Assembly (NCBI GenBank): GCA_018060945.1
Contig: JAGOVB010000002.1
Location: forward strand, 975 to 64,974
Source of the DNA: Minisyncoccota bacterium
GTDB lineage: Bacteria; Patescibacteriota; Minisyncoccia; Phycocordibacterales; PALSA-1337
Direction of reading: 5' to 3'
DNA: 64,000 nucleotides
Positions 35,016 to 43,796 of the stretch are shown here, piece by piece (within the stretch, counting starts at the first letter, position 1; each line of letters starts with the position of its first letter). The position numbers and the translations under genes are program-made. Below the pieces are notes generated by a model. It was not told where the DNA came from. It saw nothing but the letters and a program-made list of their open reading frames with translations, and ran no database searches.

Positions 35016-35573
35016 ATGGATAAAGACCTTTTAAAGAAACTTCTGACTCAGAATACTTTGGTGATCGATGGTGGTGTGGAGAGTGCGGTCGGAGCCTACA
35101 TCTTCGATTCCCTTCAAGAGCTCAAGAGTCGTGGTAATCCTCCGATAGAACTCACCATCGCATCAAACGGTGGAGACGTCACTGTTGGCCTCGATATCTA
35201 CGACATGCTCGCGACCTACCCCGGAGTCATCAATGGAACCGTCGTTGGGTATGCTCGAAGTATGGGAGTAATCATTCTCCAGGCATGCAACCGACGTCTC
35301 GCTCATCAACACGCCAGGCTCCTGATTCACCACGTCTCAAGACGCCAGGTGAACCTCGATATCCTGGTATCACAAAAGCGGCTCGCAAAGACGGTCACAG
35401 AAATGCAACGACAACAACAGTTTCTGTACCGTATCCTTGCCGGGAAAACCAAACGAACTATCCCGCAGATTCGCAAAGCATGCTCCCTCGACAAAGACAT
35501 GTCAGCAGAGGAAGCGCTCGTATTCGGACTGATTGATGAGATCACTCCAGTGCGGACGAAGTCACCCACCTGA
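35016..35573 (+). CDS. ClpP-family (S14) serine protease-like protein, GC-rich
   Basis: 185 aa colinear with ClpP: SNGGDVTVGLDIYDML, the catalytic Ser in ARSMG, the His in LLIHH and the Asp in SLDKD. Confidence 0.65.
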   Translation: MDKDLLKKLLTQNTLVIDGGVESAVGAYIFDSLQELKSRGNPPIELTIASNGGDVTVGLDIYDMLATYPGVINGTVVGYARSMGVIILQACNRRLAHQHARLLIHHVSRRQVNLDILVSQKRLAKTVTEMQRQQQFLYRILAGKTKRTIPQIRKACSLDKDMSAEEALVFGLIDEITPVRTKSPT

Positions 35574-35592
35574 ATGATAGTTCAACTCACAC

Positions 35593-35634
35593 AGCCACCA
35601 ATGTCGAAAGACCTCTTGGTGGCTTTTGTCTTTT
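35593..35634 (+). terminator. Intrinsic terminator
   Basis: Stem AGCCACCAA/TTGGTGGCT followed by TTTTGTCTTTT. Confidence 0.6.
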
Positions 35635-35635
35635 A

Positions 35636-35664
35636 CCTCAAAACCCACCTATCAAAGCGAGTAC
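35636..35664 (+). repeat. Island repeat copy E (diverged)
   Basis: CCTCAAAACCCACCTATCAAAGCGAGTAC. Confidence 0.55.
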
Positions 35665-35736
35665 TATTTGACATATGTAAGTATTCATTATAGAATTCTT
35701 TTTGAACAATAACCACCACACCTGAAAGATCTTCAA

Positions 35737-36099
35737 ATGGACTTCATTCACAACTACCTATTCGTCATTGCAGGATGGTTCCTGATTGGACTCATCGCCA
35801 AAGGGATCATCCGGGGAAACAACATTGAGTTGCTCCGACGAGCCGATCTGAAGAATCGTAAGACCAAGATGAACGTCTACTGGGCGCTTCGCTGGGAGCG
35901 TGTAGCTTTCCTCCTCGGCCCCATCGGACTCTACCAAGTCGTGTACCGGAGTGTTCGCACTGATACTTCGTTTAGTCTGTTTCAGTTTTCCTTGCGCCCG
36001 CATGGTTTGGGTGTACGTTTGCCATTTGTCCCGACACACTATGACGGGAGGCTCATCGACACTCATGGTAAGAAGCACATGTCGGAAAGTCCTCAATGA
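35737..36099 (+). CDS. GC-rich hypothetical membrane protein
   Basis: 120 aa with an N-terminal TM helix. G/C-ending codons are enriched in this frame relative to the antisense ORF. Confidence 0.4.
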   Translation: MDFIHNYLFVIAGWFLIGLIAKGIIRGNNIELLRRADLKNRKTKMNVYWALRWERVAFLLGPIGLYQVVYRSVRTDTSFSLFQFSLRPHGLGVRLPFVPTHYDGRLIDTHGKKHMSESPQ

Positions 36100-36158
36100 T
36101 TCGTGACACCACCACCTCCCCGCGAGACAGCCATCGCTCGGGCGGTGGTTTTCTTTTG

Positions 36159-36180
36159 CCTCAACCCTGATCTATCAGAA
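36159..36180 (+). repeat. Weak copy of the island repeat at the island edge
   Basis: CCTCAACCCTGATCTATCAGAA. Confidence 0.25.
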
Positions 36181-37581
36181 AAGTTTTTTCCAAATAATTA
36201 CTGCAGTAAATACAATGTAGAAAATAGATGCAAACACCATGAAGATATTCGTTACCCATCCCGGCCTCAATTCTTTTGGCAATTTAAAATTATTTAAATA
36301 TATTAAAACAGGAGAATATATTGCCATTGTAAAACCACCGAGTACCGCACTAATAGTTAAAAGCAGAAGTGGCTGTTCCAATGACAAGAGTGAGGCACTA
36401 ATTATTATAATCCCAATAATTAGAGAGTAGTACAACTTATTCAGAGGAATATCTTTAATCCATTTCAACTTTCTTTGAAATGGACCTATGCGAGAATTTA
36501 CATACAAAATATCAGAAACAATTCTTGTAAAAGCGTCGATTACTGTCCACATCACAGAGAACAACATTAGGAACGCCATTACCAAAAACAAATTAAAGCC
36601 AATGGGTCCCCAGTTCTCACCAAAAATATGAGCTTGTACCACGGCCACATTTAATCCTTCAGGAATCAGACCGTGTGGTACCAAAACAACATAGGCGTTG
36701 ACACTAAGTAGTATTAGAGTCACCAGACCCAGAAACCAAAAGATGATTCCTTGATCAATTCTGATAAAGCGCATCCATTTCTTCCATCGAGCCATGTGCT
36801 CGGGAGTCGGATCAAATCGATACCCTTGATAGGAAACGGCTTCTGTTTTGCCTGTAATTGGATTCAATATCTGCCCGACATGTTTACCCATACCTACTTG
36901 TTTATCGCGATACCAAAGCGAAACACAAAGATTTAATAGTCCTCCAGCACCAGCAAATACTACAGCGCCCATCAAAACAGACAGATCTATCCCTTTCGGC
37001 ACATACCCAAAATTTAACAACCCAGAAAAAACCATTTTTAAATCACCCAACGTCAAAGAAAGATAACTTGAAATAACTAGCAAAACAAAAAAAGTGGGCA
37101 CAATAATTTTAAGAGAACGCTCGAGTATTTGATATGCAGATTTCCCAATAAATGTAAGAATTGCAACCAGAACAAGACTCGCTATTGCCCACCATAGATA
37201 ATGTCCAAAGCCAAAGAGTTCACTCAGTGTGGTCCCTATCGCAGCAGCCCAACCAGGCCAAACATAGAGTAAACCTGCAGAAAAAAGCCAAAAAGGAGCA
37301 AACCATTTAAAGACACGAGAAGAAGAGGTAAAAAAACTTTCGCCTGTCGCCAGTGCGTGTCGTGCAACCTCTTGATTTATAAAATACTGAAAAGTAATAC
37401 CTAAAATGGCTGCCCACAAAATATCTAGTCCGTGTTTCGTGACTAAATGTGGCCACATAATGAGTTCGCCTGTGCCTATGGCCAATCCCATCGTCACAAC
37501 ACCCACACCTAGCGCTTTACTCCAATGTGGTGGATTTGGAAGTTCTCTTGTCTCCATTTCTCCATAATTGTTGTTTGTCAT
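36175..37581 (-). CDS. NRAMP-family-like divalent cation transporter (divergent)
   Basis: 468 aa with about 11 TM helices. The N-terminal region GLAIGTGELIMWP...QYFINQEVARHALATGE resembles Nramp-related transporters. TGTTACAAT lies 6 nt upstream of the ATG. Confidence 0.55.
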   Translation of the reverse strand: MTNNNYGEMETRELPNPPHWSKALGVGVVTMGLAIGTGELIMWPHLVTKHGLDILWAAILGITFQYFINQEVARHALATGESFFTSSSRVFKWFAPFWLFSAGLLYVWPGWAAAIGTTLSELFGFGHYLWWAIASLVLVAILTFIGKSAYQILERSLKIIVPTFFVLLVISSYLSLTLGDLKMVFSGLLNFGYVPKGIDLSVLMGAVVFAGAGGLLNLCVSLWYRDKQVGMGKHVGQILNPITGKTEAVSYQGYRFDPTPEHMARWKKWMRFIRIDQGIIFWFLGLVTLILLSVNAYVVLVPHGLIPEGLNVAVVQAHIFGENWGPIGFNLFLVMAFLMLFSVMWTVIDAFTRIVSDILYVNSRIGPFQRKLKWIKDIPLNKLYYSLIIGIIIISASLLSLEQPLLLLTISAVLGGFTMAIYSPVLIYLNNFKLPKELRPGWVTNIFMVFASIFYIVFTAVIIWKKLF

Positions 37582-37652
37582 GAACTAATTGTAACAGCAT
37601 TAAATTATATTTGACAAACATTGATATGTGTAATACTATATAAAAAGGCAAT

Positions 37653-37985
37653 ATGAAATACCCCATACTGTTTTGGACAAGTCTCATGTTTCTTTTGTGG
37701 GTCGTCTGGAAATTCCTCCTTCGGAACGAGCGGCGACCACACAGGACAAACTATCTCGCAGTGATGAGTCGGGAACGCTGGGAAACCAGTGGGACCATCC
37801 GTCGCCGTCTTGAGAAGATTTACGGTGGATGGATCAACGAGTACGAGTTTAACTTGTACATGCGCCAGCTGGTGGACGAAGGATTTGTCGTCCAAAAGGA
37901 AACCAGCCGAGGGTGCCTATTTCGGGCAAAAGCAAATTACATTCCCCAGCTCAAAGACCTTCAGCCCTCTTTTCAAAGGGCCTGA
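37653..37985 (+). CDS. GC-rich small protein: N-terminal TM helix plus a winged-helix-like domain
   Basis: 110 aa. A TTGACA-17-TACTAT promoter lies upstream. The pattern is L.VM..E.W.T...I...LE...G......F..YM..LV.EGFV. Confidence 0.4.
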   Translation: MKYPILFWTSLMFLLWVVWKFLLRNERRPHRTNYLAVMSRERWETSGTIRRRLEKIYGGWINEYEFNLYMRQLVDEGFVVQKETSRGCLFRAKANYIPQLKDLQPSFQRA

Positions 37986-38001
37986 TGTATTCGGTAAGTG
38001 C

Positions 38002-38032
38002 AACCCCGCTCTCGAGAGCGGGGTTTTGTTTT
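38002..38032 (+). terminator. Intrinsic terminator
   Basis: AACCCCGCTCTCGAGAGCGGGGTT followed by TTGTTTT. Confidence 0.65.
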
Positions 38033-38087
38033 AAAATTTGTTACCGATAGTCGTCACTCAGTCAGGAAATTTTGATATACTGTATGT

Positions 38088-38480
38088 ATGCAAAAAATAC
38101 TTTTAATTACTTCACTGCTGACGATCACTGTAGGTGTATTTATGATATTGGGAGGAATATGGGGAATTTTCTTTACCTATAAAAACGTTGCTAGAGAAAG
38201 TATTACAACGCCTCCTGATGCATCCATTCCTTCGACCAAAGTTCGAGGACCTCTTACCTTAAAAGCGCAGTCTGACATCATACGACAACATGTCCTCCAC
38301 ACAACAGAAGGAAAAACATACGCACAAATGCCACAAACAGAAGCTCGTAATATATGGATCACCGCAACAACACTCATCACAGCGCTGAATCTAGGGATTG
38401 TCAGCTATGCACTCTCTGGAATTGTGATGTTTGTGGGAGTACTATCCATCTTGATCGGAATAATTTTGTTTATTAAGTAA
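38088..38480 (+). CDS. Hypothetical membrane protein
   Basis: 130 aa with TM helices at both ends. TGATATACT lies 6 nt upstream of the ATG. Confidence 0.45.
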   Translation: MQKILLITSLLTITVGVFMILGGIWGIFFTYKNVARESITTPPDASIPSTKVRGPLTLKAQSDIIRQHVLHTTEGKTYAQMPQTEARNIWITATTLITALNLGIVSYALSGIVMFVGVLSILIGIILFIK

Positions 38481-38485
38481 AAAAG

Positions 38486-38959
38486 ATGAATAATAAAATT
38501 AAACTCACAATCTCTCTCATCGCTCCCCAAGCAGCAGGACTCATCGGCTCAATATTTACAGCATCATCAGTCACCGGCTGGTACAGCACTGTCACTCGAC
38601 CAGAGCTCGCTCCACCAAACTGGATTTTTGGTCCCGTTTGGACAACGCTCTTTGTACTCATGGGCATAGCCCTGTTTCTCGTCTGGAAAAAAGAAGACTC
38701 ACAAAAAAAGAAAGTAAAATTAGCGCTGCAACTTTTTGTGGCTCAGCTCGTACTCAACACCTTGTGGTCTGTCATATTCTTTGGTCTTCAGTCACCAGGA
38801 TGGGCTTTTGTTGAAATTATCTTCCTCTGGATATCGATCGCCCTTACCATAACTGTATTTACTCCCATTTCACGACTGGCAGCATGGCTCCTCGTTCCCT
38901 ATTTGGCGTGGGTTTCATTTGCTGCATATCTTAATTATTCAATCTGGATGCTAAACTAA
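38486..38959 (+). CDS. tspO: TspO/MBR tryptophan-rich sensory protein
   Basis: 157 aa with 5 TM helices and the motifs WY..L..P...PP.W.FGPVWT.L, LN.LWS..FF and VPYL.WV.FA..LN. Confidence 0.85.
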   Translation: MNNKIKLTISLIAPQAAGLIGSIFTASSVTGWYSTVTRPELAPPNWIFGPVWTTLFVLMGIALFLVWKKEDSQKKKVKLALQLFVAQLVLNTLWSVIFFGLQSPGWAFVEIIFLWISIALTITVFTPISRLAAWLLVPYLAWVSFAAYLNYSIWMLN

Positions 38960-38970
38960 TATAAAAACAT

Positions 38971-39366
38971 ATGAAAGGATACACTGAAAATATTGAAAAA
39001 CTATCACTTGAGAATGAAAACTTTAGAGAAGTACTCTATACAGACAAAAAGAGCCAACTTGTCTTGATGTCACTCCTTGCGGGAGAAGAAATAGGAGAAG
39101 AGGTCCATGATGTCGACCAGTTTTTGCGTGTAGAAAAAGGAACAGGAACTGCAATCATAAATGATGTCTCACATGAAATCAGTGACGGCAGTATCATCCT
39201 CGTACCAGCTGGATCAAAACACAATGTGACAAATACTGGCTCTGAATCCATGAAGCTCTATACCCTCTACATGCCTCCACATCACAAAGACGGAACTATT
39301 CATAAGACCAAAACAGACGCTGTAGCTGATACTGCTGATGAGTTTGATGGAAAGACGACAGAATAG
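38971..39366 (+). CDS. Cupin-domain protein
   Basis: 131 aa with GEEIGEEVH and ILVPAGSKHNVTNTG. Confidence 0.75.
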   Translation: MKGYTENIEKLSLENENFREVLYTDKKSQLVLMSLLAGEEIGEEVHDVDQFLRVEKGTGTAIINDVSHEISDGSIILVPAGSKHNVTNTGSESMKLYTLYMPPHHKDGTIHKTKTDAVADTADEFDGKTTE

Positions 39367-39377
39367 TTAGAGTGTAA

Positions 39378-39695
39378 TTATTTCTGCAGCAAACCGATAA
39401 TCTTTTCGAGTTTTGTGTTGATTATTTCTAGTTGTTTTTTAGTGTCATCTCCCCCGTTTTCTCGTACAGTGCTTCGTGAAGTCCGTGGTGCCATATGTTC
39501 TTTTCCATCAAAACAGTTCTTACAGTACACCGGTCGATCGCCTGTAGGTCGAAAAGGAACTTCACAGTCTTTACCACAGCTTCCACACGTAGCACTGTGC
39601 ATACTCACTGGTCGTGACGCATCTCTCCCTCCTTTGTATCCGCCTTTAAAACCTCCCTTGAAACCTCCCTTACCTCCTTTTGAATAGTTGTTCAT
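39378..39695 (-). CDS. CxxC-x17-CxxC zinc-ribbon protein with a Gly/Lys-rich N-terminus
   Basis: CGSC, exactly 17 residues, then CKNC. The N-terminus is KGGKGGFKGGFKGGYKGG. Confidence 0.7.
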   Translation of the reverse strand: MNNYSKGGKGGFKGGFKGGYKGGRDASRPVSMHSATCGSCGKDCEVPFRPTGDRPVYCKNCFDGKEHMAPRTSRSTVRENGGDDTKKQLEIINTKLEKIIGLLQK

Positions 39696-39793
39696 CAAGT
39701 GACCATACCACGTGAGTGTGAATAAGGCAAGGTTTGTACAAATAAAAAAGCCGAGGACGTGATCCTTGGCTCTGTAGCACTCGTTGAGTGCGA

Positions 39794-40336
39794 TTACTTC
39801 TTGACCTGTCGGGTCTCGATCGTCACCTCGACAATCGGCCCGTTTCCGACTTTCGGTACCGCACGAAGCGTGTGATGTTTCGCCGTCTTCAGGAGCTCAT
39901 GGGAACCCTGTGCGACATTGCAAACGACGACATACCAGTCGCTGGGACCGGTGAAGACACCGTCAGGGTTGGAGAAAACATTGTCATTCCAACTGGACAA
40001 AGGGTCGATTGCGAGCGCGACCTTTCCGTCCGGGATCAGGAAGAAGTCGTAATAACCTGCCTTGTCCGAATCTTCAAACGGCCCGATGTTCCGATCGAGG
40101 GTTTCGATCGAAAACTCAATGAGACCCATTCCCTCACGAAAGAGGTACATGCCCTTTTTGTCGAGGGTGGGCTCTGCCATCAACTCATCACGGACCCTGA
40201 GCCCGAGTCGCAACGTGAGAGTTTCCGTGACGGTCCATCCCTCCTCCCCGCCGGGGATGAGGGTGGGCGTAATGCTGCCCGCGACGATCTTGAGGGTGGT
40301 GATGACAACTGCGAAAAACAATCCAATTTTCTTCAA
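39794..40336 (-). CDS. GC-rich secreted hypothetical protein
   Basis: A TTG start gives MKKIGLFFAVVITTLKIVAG, a signal-peptide-like N-terminus. G/C-ending codons are enriched in this frame. A terminator hairpin lies at about 39745..39775. Confidence 0.4.
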   Translation of the reverse strand: MKKIGLFFAVVITTLKIVAGSITPTLIPGGEEGWTVTETLTLRLGLRVRDELMAEPTLDKKGMYLFREGMGLIEFSIETLDRNIGPFEDSDKAGYYDFFLIPDGKVALAIDPLSSWNDNVFSNPDGVFTGPSDWYVVVCNVAQGSHELLKTAKHHTLRAVPKVGNGPIVEVTIETRQVKK

Positions 40337-40440
40337 TTTTTGTGTGTGTTGAGGTTTACTGTATCCAGGTTCACCGACCTGGAGCCGGCGATACCATAAC
40401 ACACATATAGAAATAAAGCAATAGTGTATAATTATCTCAT

Positions 40441-40929
40441 ATGAACAATAAAACCATCTCTGTTCACGACAAAATGCAGACAGGCTACACCTACACGCTG
40501 ACTGCGCCAATGGGTAAAAACTTTGATCCTGAGTTTACCCCTGACCTCACTCCAAAAGAAATGCTCGCATTGGGAATATTTGGAGGTAAATATATGAACG
40601 ATTGTACTGAAGAATTCCCCACTGATTGGTATACTCACAAAAAAGACACAAACTACTTTGGAGTAAAAGCGAGTCAACCACTATCAGTATGGCGCGCAAA
40701 AGGCTGGATCAATGAAGAGCACGACCCTCGCGGCTGGTTCCAGTGGTATTGCCGCTACTATATGGGACGCAGACTTCCAGAAGAAGACGCTCGACAGATA
40801 AAACGCTGGAAAGCGATGCGACGACACATTGCACAGATAAAACTACACTGCCGAGTCGGAGACGAAGGATGTCATAGCAAACAACGCCAAGCACTCTTAC
40901 ACTGGGCATATGACAGTCGAAAGATGTAG
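40441..40929 (+). CDS. Conserved-looking hypothetical protein
   Basis: 162 aa with the distinctive segments TPKEMLALGIFGGKYM and PRGWFQWYCRYYMGRR..EDARQIKRWKAM. I could not assign a family. TGTATAAT lies 8 nt upstream of the ATG. Confidence 0.5.
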   Translation: MNNKTISVHDKMQTGYTYTLTAPMGKNFDPEFTPDLTPKEMLALGIFGGKYMNDCTEEFPTDWYTHKKDTNYFGVKASQPLSVWRAKGWINEEHDPRGWFQWYCRYYMGRRLPEEDARQIKRWKAMRRHIAQIKLHCRVGDEGCHSKQRQALLHWAYDSRKM

Positions 40930-40957
40930 GTTATAATGTGATAAATATTTCACATTC

Positions 40958-42136
40958 ATGAGCCGCAACATTTTCAGACACATACCCCTCGAAGAACGGA
41001 TGCTCGTTTATAGCGGCATAAAAGAGAAAAAAGAAAGCGTGAGTGATACAGTCAAAAAAGCTGTACGACCTATCATCACACTAGCAGTAATCGTCTTTGC
41101 GCTCATCGGTGGAGGACTGACTTTTGCATTTGTGGCAGTAAACACTCACCTTACGAGCAGTGAAGGGATCATCGACCGACAAGCAGATGGTTTTTGGGAG
41201 GCAGGTAAAAGTACTGCTGCTGTGGTAAACAGTGGGGGTTCTGACTCTTTCTTTAATGGCCAAAACTACTGCGACCTCAAACGATTAAAAGAAAAATACC
41301 CTGGTACTTTCCTACGCATCTTGAACCTAGCACTCAATGACAAAAAAGAGCTGGCGCAGAACAACATAAGCGTAGCGATTGATAGTCTCAACGAAAAAGA
41401 AGGTGCGGATTTTACCTGTGATGAGCAGTTTTCACGAGATATAAATAAAAGAGATTTTGAAGTACTTGCAGATGTTGTCGATCAAGGTGATCTATTTATC
41501 TTTGCAAATACTGACGAATGGAACTTCTTTAAGATGGCCGTAATCAAAGATGCTGATATTTTAAAACGAGTTGAGCGAGAAACAGGTATTAGAAGTCGCA
41601 TCCTCGTTGCCCAGCTTGTATCAGAGCAGATGCGTTTATTTTATTCAAATCGTCCAGCATTTAAACAAGCCGTCGCTCCCCTCAAAGTACTTGCAAGCAT
41701 GAGCCAGTTTTCATGGGGTGTGTTGGGTATAAAAGAAGAGACGGCTACTGCAGTTGAAAAAAACCTCAAAAACGAGACTTCTGTCTTTTACCCAGGACCA
41801 GAGTATGAAAATCTTTTAGATTTTAAAACAGAAGATAAAAACGCTGAACGTTTTAAACGCATCACTGACTATCGAAACCATTATTATGCCTACCTTTACG
41901 CTGCGCTGTACAACAAGCAAGTCATCACTCAGTGGCTACGCGAAGGTGTAGATATTTCTAAACGACCTGAAATCCTCGCCACCCTATACAATATCGGCTT
42001 CAAAAACTCAGAGCCAAATGACGATCCTCAAACCGGTGGTGCCGAATATATCATCGATGGCAAAAAATACAGCTTTGGAAGAATTGCTTACAATTTCTAC
42101 TACTCAAGTGAGCTATTAGATGAGTTTCCACAGTAA
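40958..42136 (+). CDS. Membrane-anchored hypothetical protein
   Basis: 392 aa with one N-terminal TM helix. The extracytoplasmic domain has no motif I can name. Confidence 0.45.
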   Translation: MSRNIFRHIPLEERMLVYSGIKEKKESVSDTVKKAVRPIITLAVIVFALIGGGLTFAFVAVNTHLTSSEGIIDRQADGFWEAGKSTAAVVNSGGSDSFFNGQNYCDLKRLKEKYPGTFLRILNLALNDKKELAQNNISVAIDSLNEKEGADFTCDEQFSRDINKRDFEVLADVVDQGDLFIFANTDEWNFFKMAVIKDADILKRVERETGIRSRILVAQLVSEQMRLFYSNRPAFKQAVAPLKVLASMSQFSWGVLGIKEETATAVEKNLKNETSVFYPGPEYENLLDFKTEDKNAERFKRITDYRNHYYAYLYAALYNKQVITQWLREGVDISKRPEILATLYNIGFKNSEPNDDPQTGGAEYIIDGKKYSFGRIAYNFYYSSELLDEFPQ

Positions 42137-42186
42137 TTGACAGAGGGTATAAAAAGGGGTAAAAAGATACGAGGAACCCTCCCCAT

Positions 42187-42561
42187 ATGATGCACCTTCT
42201 ACAAATGTATTCGAACGTTTTCGTGATAGGAGGCATTATGCTCCTCATCTTGCTCAGTTGCACAACCGCCAACAAGTACATCGCTGAGATCGAGTACCAA
42301 AAAGTCCTCGATGTGATGTGCTACGAAGACTGGATGACACTCGACCAGATCTGGGCCGCAGTCGAAACAAGTGCGGGCGAAATGATTTTGAAAGACCGTG
42401 TTCAAATGATTCTCACCGAACTCGTCTATGATGGCCGAGTAGCGATCAACACTCCGGACCCTAGGTCTGACCTCAAGGAGACCTATCGACGCAGACACGA
42501 CGGAGGCAATCGCCCTTGCGATGTGATCCCCGTAGGGATACCCAGCACCCAACCTGCGTAA
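42187..42561 (+). CDS. GC-rich small protein: N-terminal TM helix plus a winged-helix-like domain
   Basis: 124 aa. The layout matches 37653..37985 (VLDVM.YEDWMTLDQIW...E...G......V..IL.ELVYDGRV). Confidence 0.4.
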   Translation: MMHLLQMYSNVFVIGGIMLLILLSCTTANKYIAEIEYQKVLDVMCYEDWMTLDQIWAAVETSAGEMILKDRVQMILTELVYDGRVAINTPDPRSDLKETYRRRHDGGNRPCDVIPVGIPSTQPA

Positions 42562-42586
42562 GCAGCAAGGTGAAATTGGAACCAAC

Positions 42587-42619
42587 AAAAAGACTACCGC
42601 CACGCGGTAGTCTTTTTTT
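42587..42619. terminator. Bidirectional intrinsic terminator
   Basis: AAAA-AGACTACCGC-CAC-GCGGTAGTCT-TTTTTT. Confidence 0.7.
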
Positions 42620-42689
42620 AACTTCCTATTTTAAATCCAAACCAGATTCCCTATACTCCACCCACCTTTGTAGGATCGATCCTATTGAA

Positions 42690-42842
42690 TTACTTAGCTT
42701 TTCCGAGGATACTGTACATACCAGTACCACAAGTTGGACACTTTCCCTTTACTGCCTTTCGGCCGTTCTTCATAGTAACTTCTTGTTCATCCTTCATTTC
42801 TCGCTTGGCCTTACATTTAACACAGTATGCAGTTGTTGCCAT
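42690..42842 (-). CDS. DUF5679-type small zinc-ribbon protein
   Basis: 50 aa counted from MATTAYCVKCKAKREMK...GKCPTCGTGMYSILG. Confidence 0.65.
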   Translation of the reverse strand: MATTAYCVKCKAKREMKDEQEVTMKNGRKAVKGKCPTCGTGMYSILGKAK

Positions 42843-42955
42843 ATATAAATATTTATTTTCTAATAGACACATTATAGTACACGTACAGTATTTAACAAGT
42901 CGTTTTTATAAAGAGATGCAAAAGATTTGCATCTGTATAATCTTTGTGTATACTC

Positions 42956-43744
42956 ATGTACATGACTCTATACATATTCTTAAGTGCATTCGCCATCATG
43001 CTTGCATCGTTATCAGGTATCTTCTTTGCAAGTAAACATATATCATTGTTTCTCGAAAGAAATCTCAAGGTATTGATCGCCTTCTCTACTGGAGTATTTG
43101 CGATGATTACGTATTCCCTATTAGCCGAATCGCTCGAACACGGACTTAGCATCCCCGCTCTCATTATGAGTGGAATCTTGGGAGTACTATTCCTCGAAAT
43201 TGTTAGCCATATTATCCCTCAGGCTCACCATCACCATGACGCAGTGAGTGATCATGAGCACTCAATGATCGATGCTCGGCGAGTACTTTTGGGTGATGCT
43301 GCACACAATATTGGTGACGGGATCATCCTCGTCCCAGCTTACCTCGCTGGACCACTTATCGGTATTGGTACTACAGTCGCTATTCTCTTTCATGAAATGG
43401 TCCAAGAAATTGCAGAGTATTTTATTTTGCGTGAAGCCGGGTACACGGTAAGAGAAGCTCTTACTAGAAACTTCTTTGCTTCAGGGAGTATCCTCATCGG
43501 AGTCGGTATTGCACTTTTCTTTGCTAATACTGGAAATCTAGAGCTCTACATGCTTTCTTTTGCAGCTGGTAGCTTTATGTACATTATTTTCCGTGATCTG
43601 TTGCCGAGCATTTATAAATCTATAAAGAAAAATAAACAAGTGTATCGTTTCTTGATCGCTGGAATCCTAGGTATGATCGTAATGTTTGGAGTCACTCGTC
43701 TTGCACCACACGAGCAGGAAGAAACTGAGGTCGTGCATGAATAA
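42956..43744 (+). CDS. ZIP-family metal transporter (ZupT-like)
   Basis: It has a His-rich loop (QAHHHHDAVSDHEHS), HNIGDGI and FHEMVQEIAEY. The start is uncertain: TTG 42944, ATG 42956 or ATG 42962. Confidence 0.8.
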   Translation: MYMTLYIFLSAFAIMLASLSGIFFASKHISLFLERNLKVLIAFSTGVFAMITYSLLAESLEHGLSIPALIMSGILGVLFLEIVSHIIPQAHHHHDAVSDHEHSMIDARRVLLGDAAHNIGDGIILVPAYLAGPLIGIGTTVAILFHEMVQEIAEYFILREAGYTVREALTRNFFASGSILIGVGIALFFANTGNLELYMLSFAAGSFMYIIFRDLLPSIYKSIKKNKQVYRFLIAGILGMIVMFGVTRLAPHEQEETEVVHE

Positions 43745-43745
43745 T

Positions 43746-43780
43746 AAAAAACCCCGGCGCACGCGTCGGGGTTGGTGTTT
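43746..43780. terminator. Bidirectional intrinsic terminator
   Basis: AAAAAA-ACCCCGGCG-CAC-GCGTCGGGGT-TGGTGTTTG. Confidence 0.6.
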
Positions 43781-43796
43781 GTGGAAGTAGCCTGGA

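Noticed and set aside
32246-35664. The island repeat as a simple promoter element, since its reverse complement contains TTGA(T/C)A
   Set aside because: Only copy D has a good -10 box (TATGAT) at the correct 18-nt spacing. Copies A, C and E would point into the 3' ends of convergent genes and have no usable -10 box.
30553-36180. Integron-like cassette array, with the 29-nt repeat acting as attC
   Set aside because: The repeat lacks the paired inverse-core and core sites (RYYYAAC ... GTTRRRY) and any imperfect palindrome 50-130 nt long. The genes are on both strands. The only recombinase trace is serine-type, not an IntI tyrosine recombinase.
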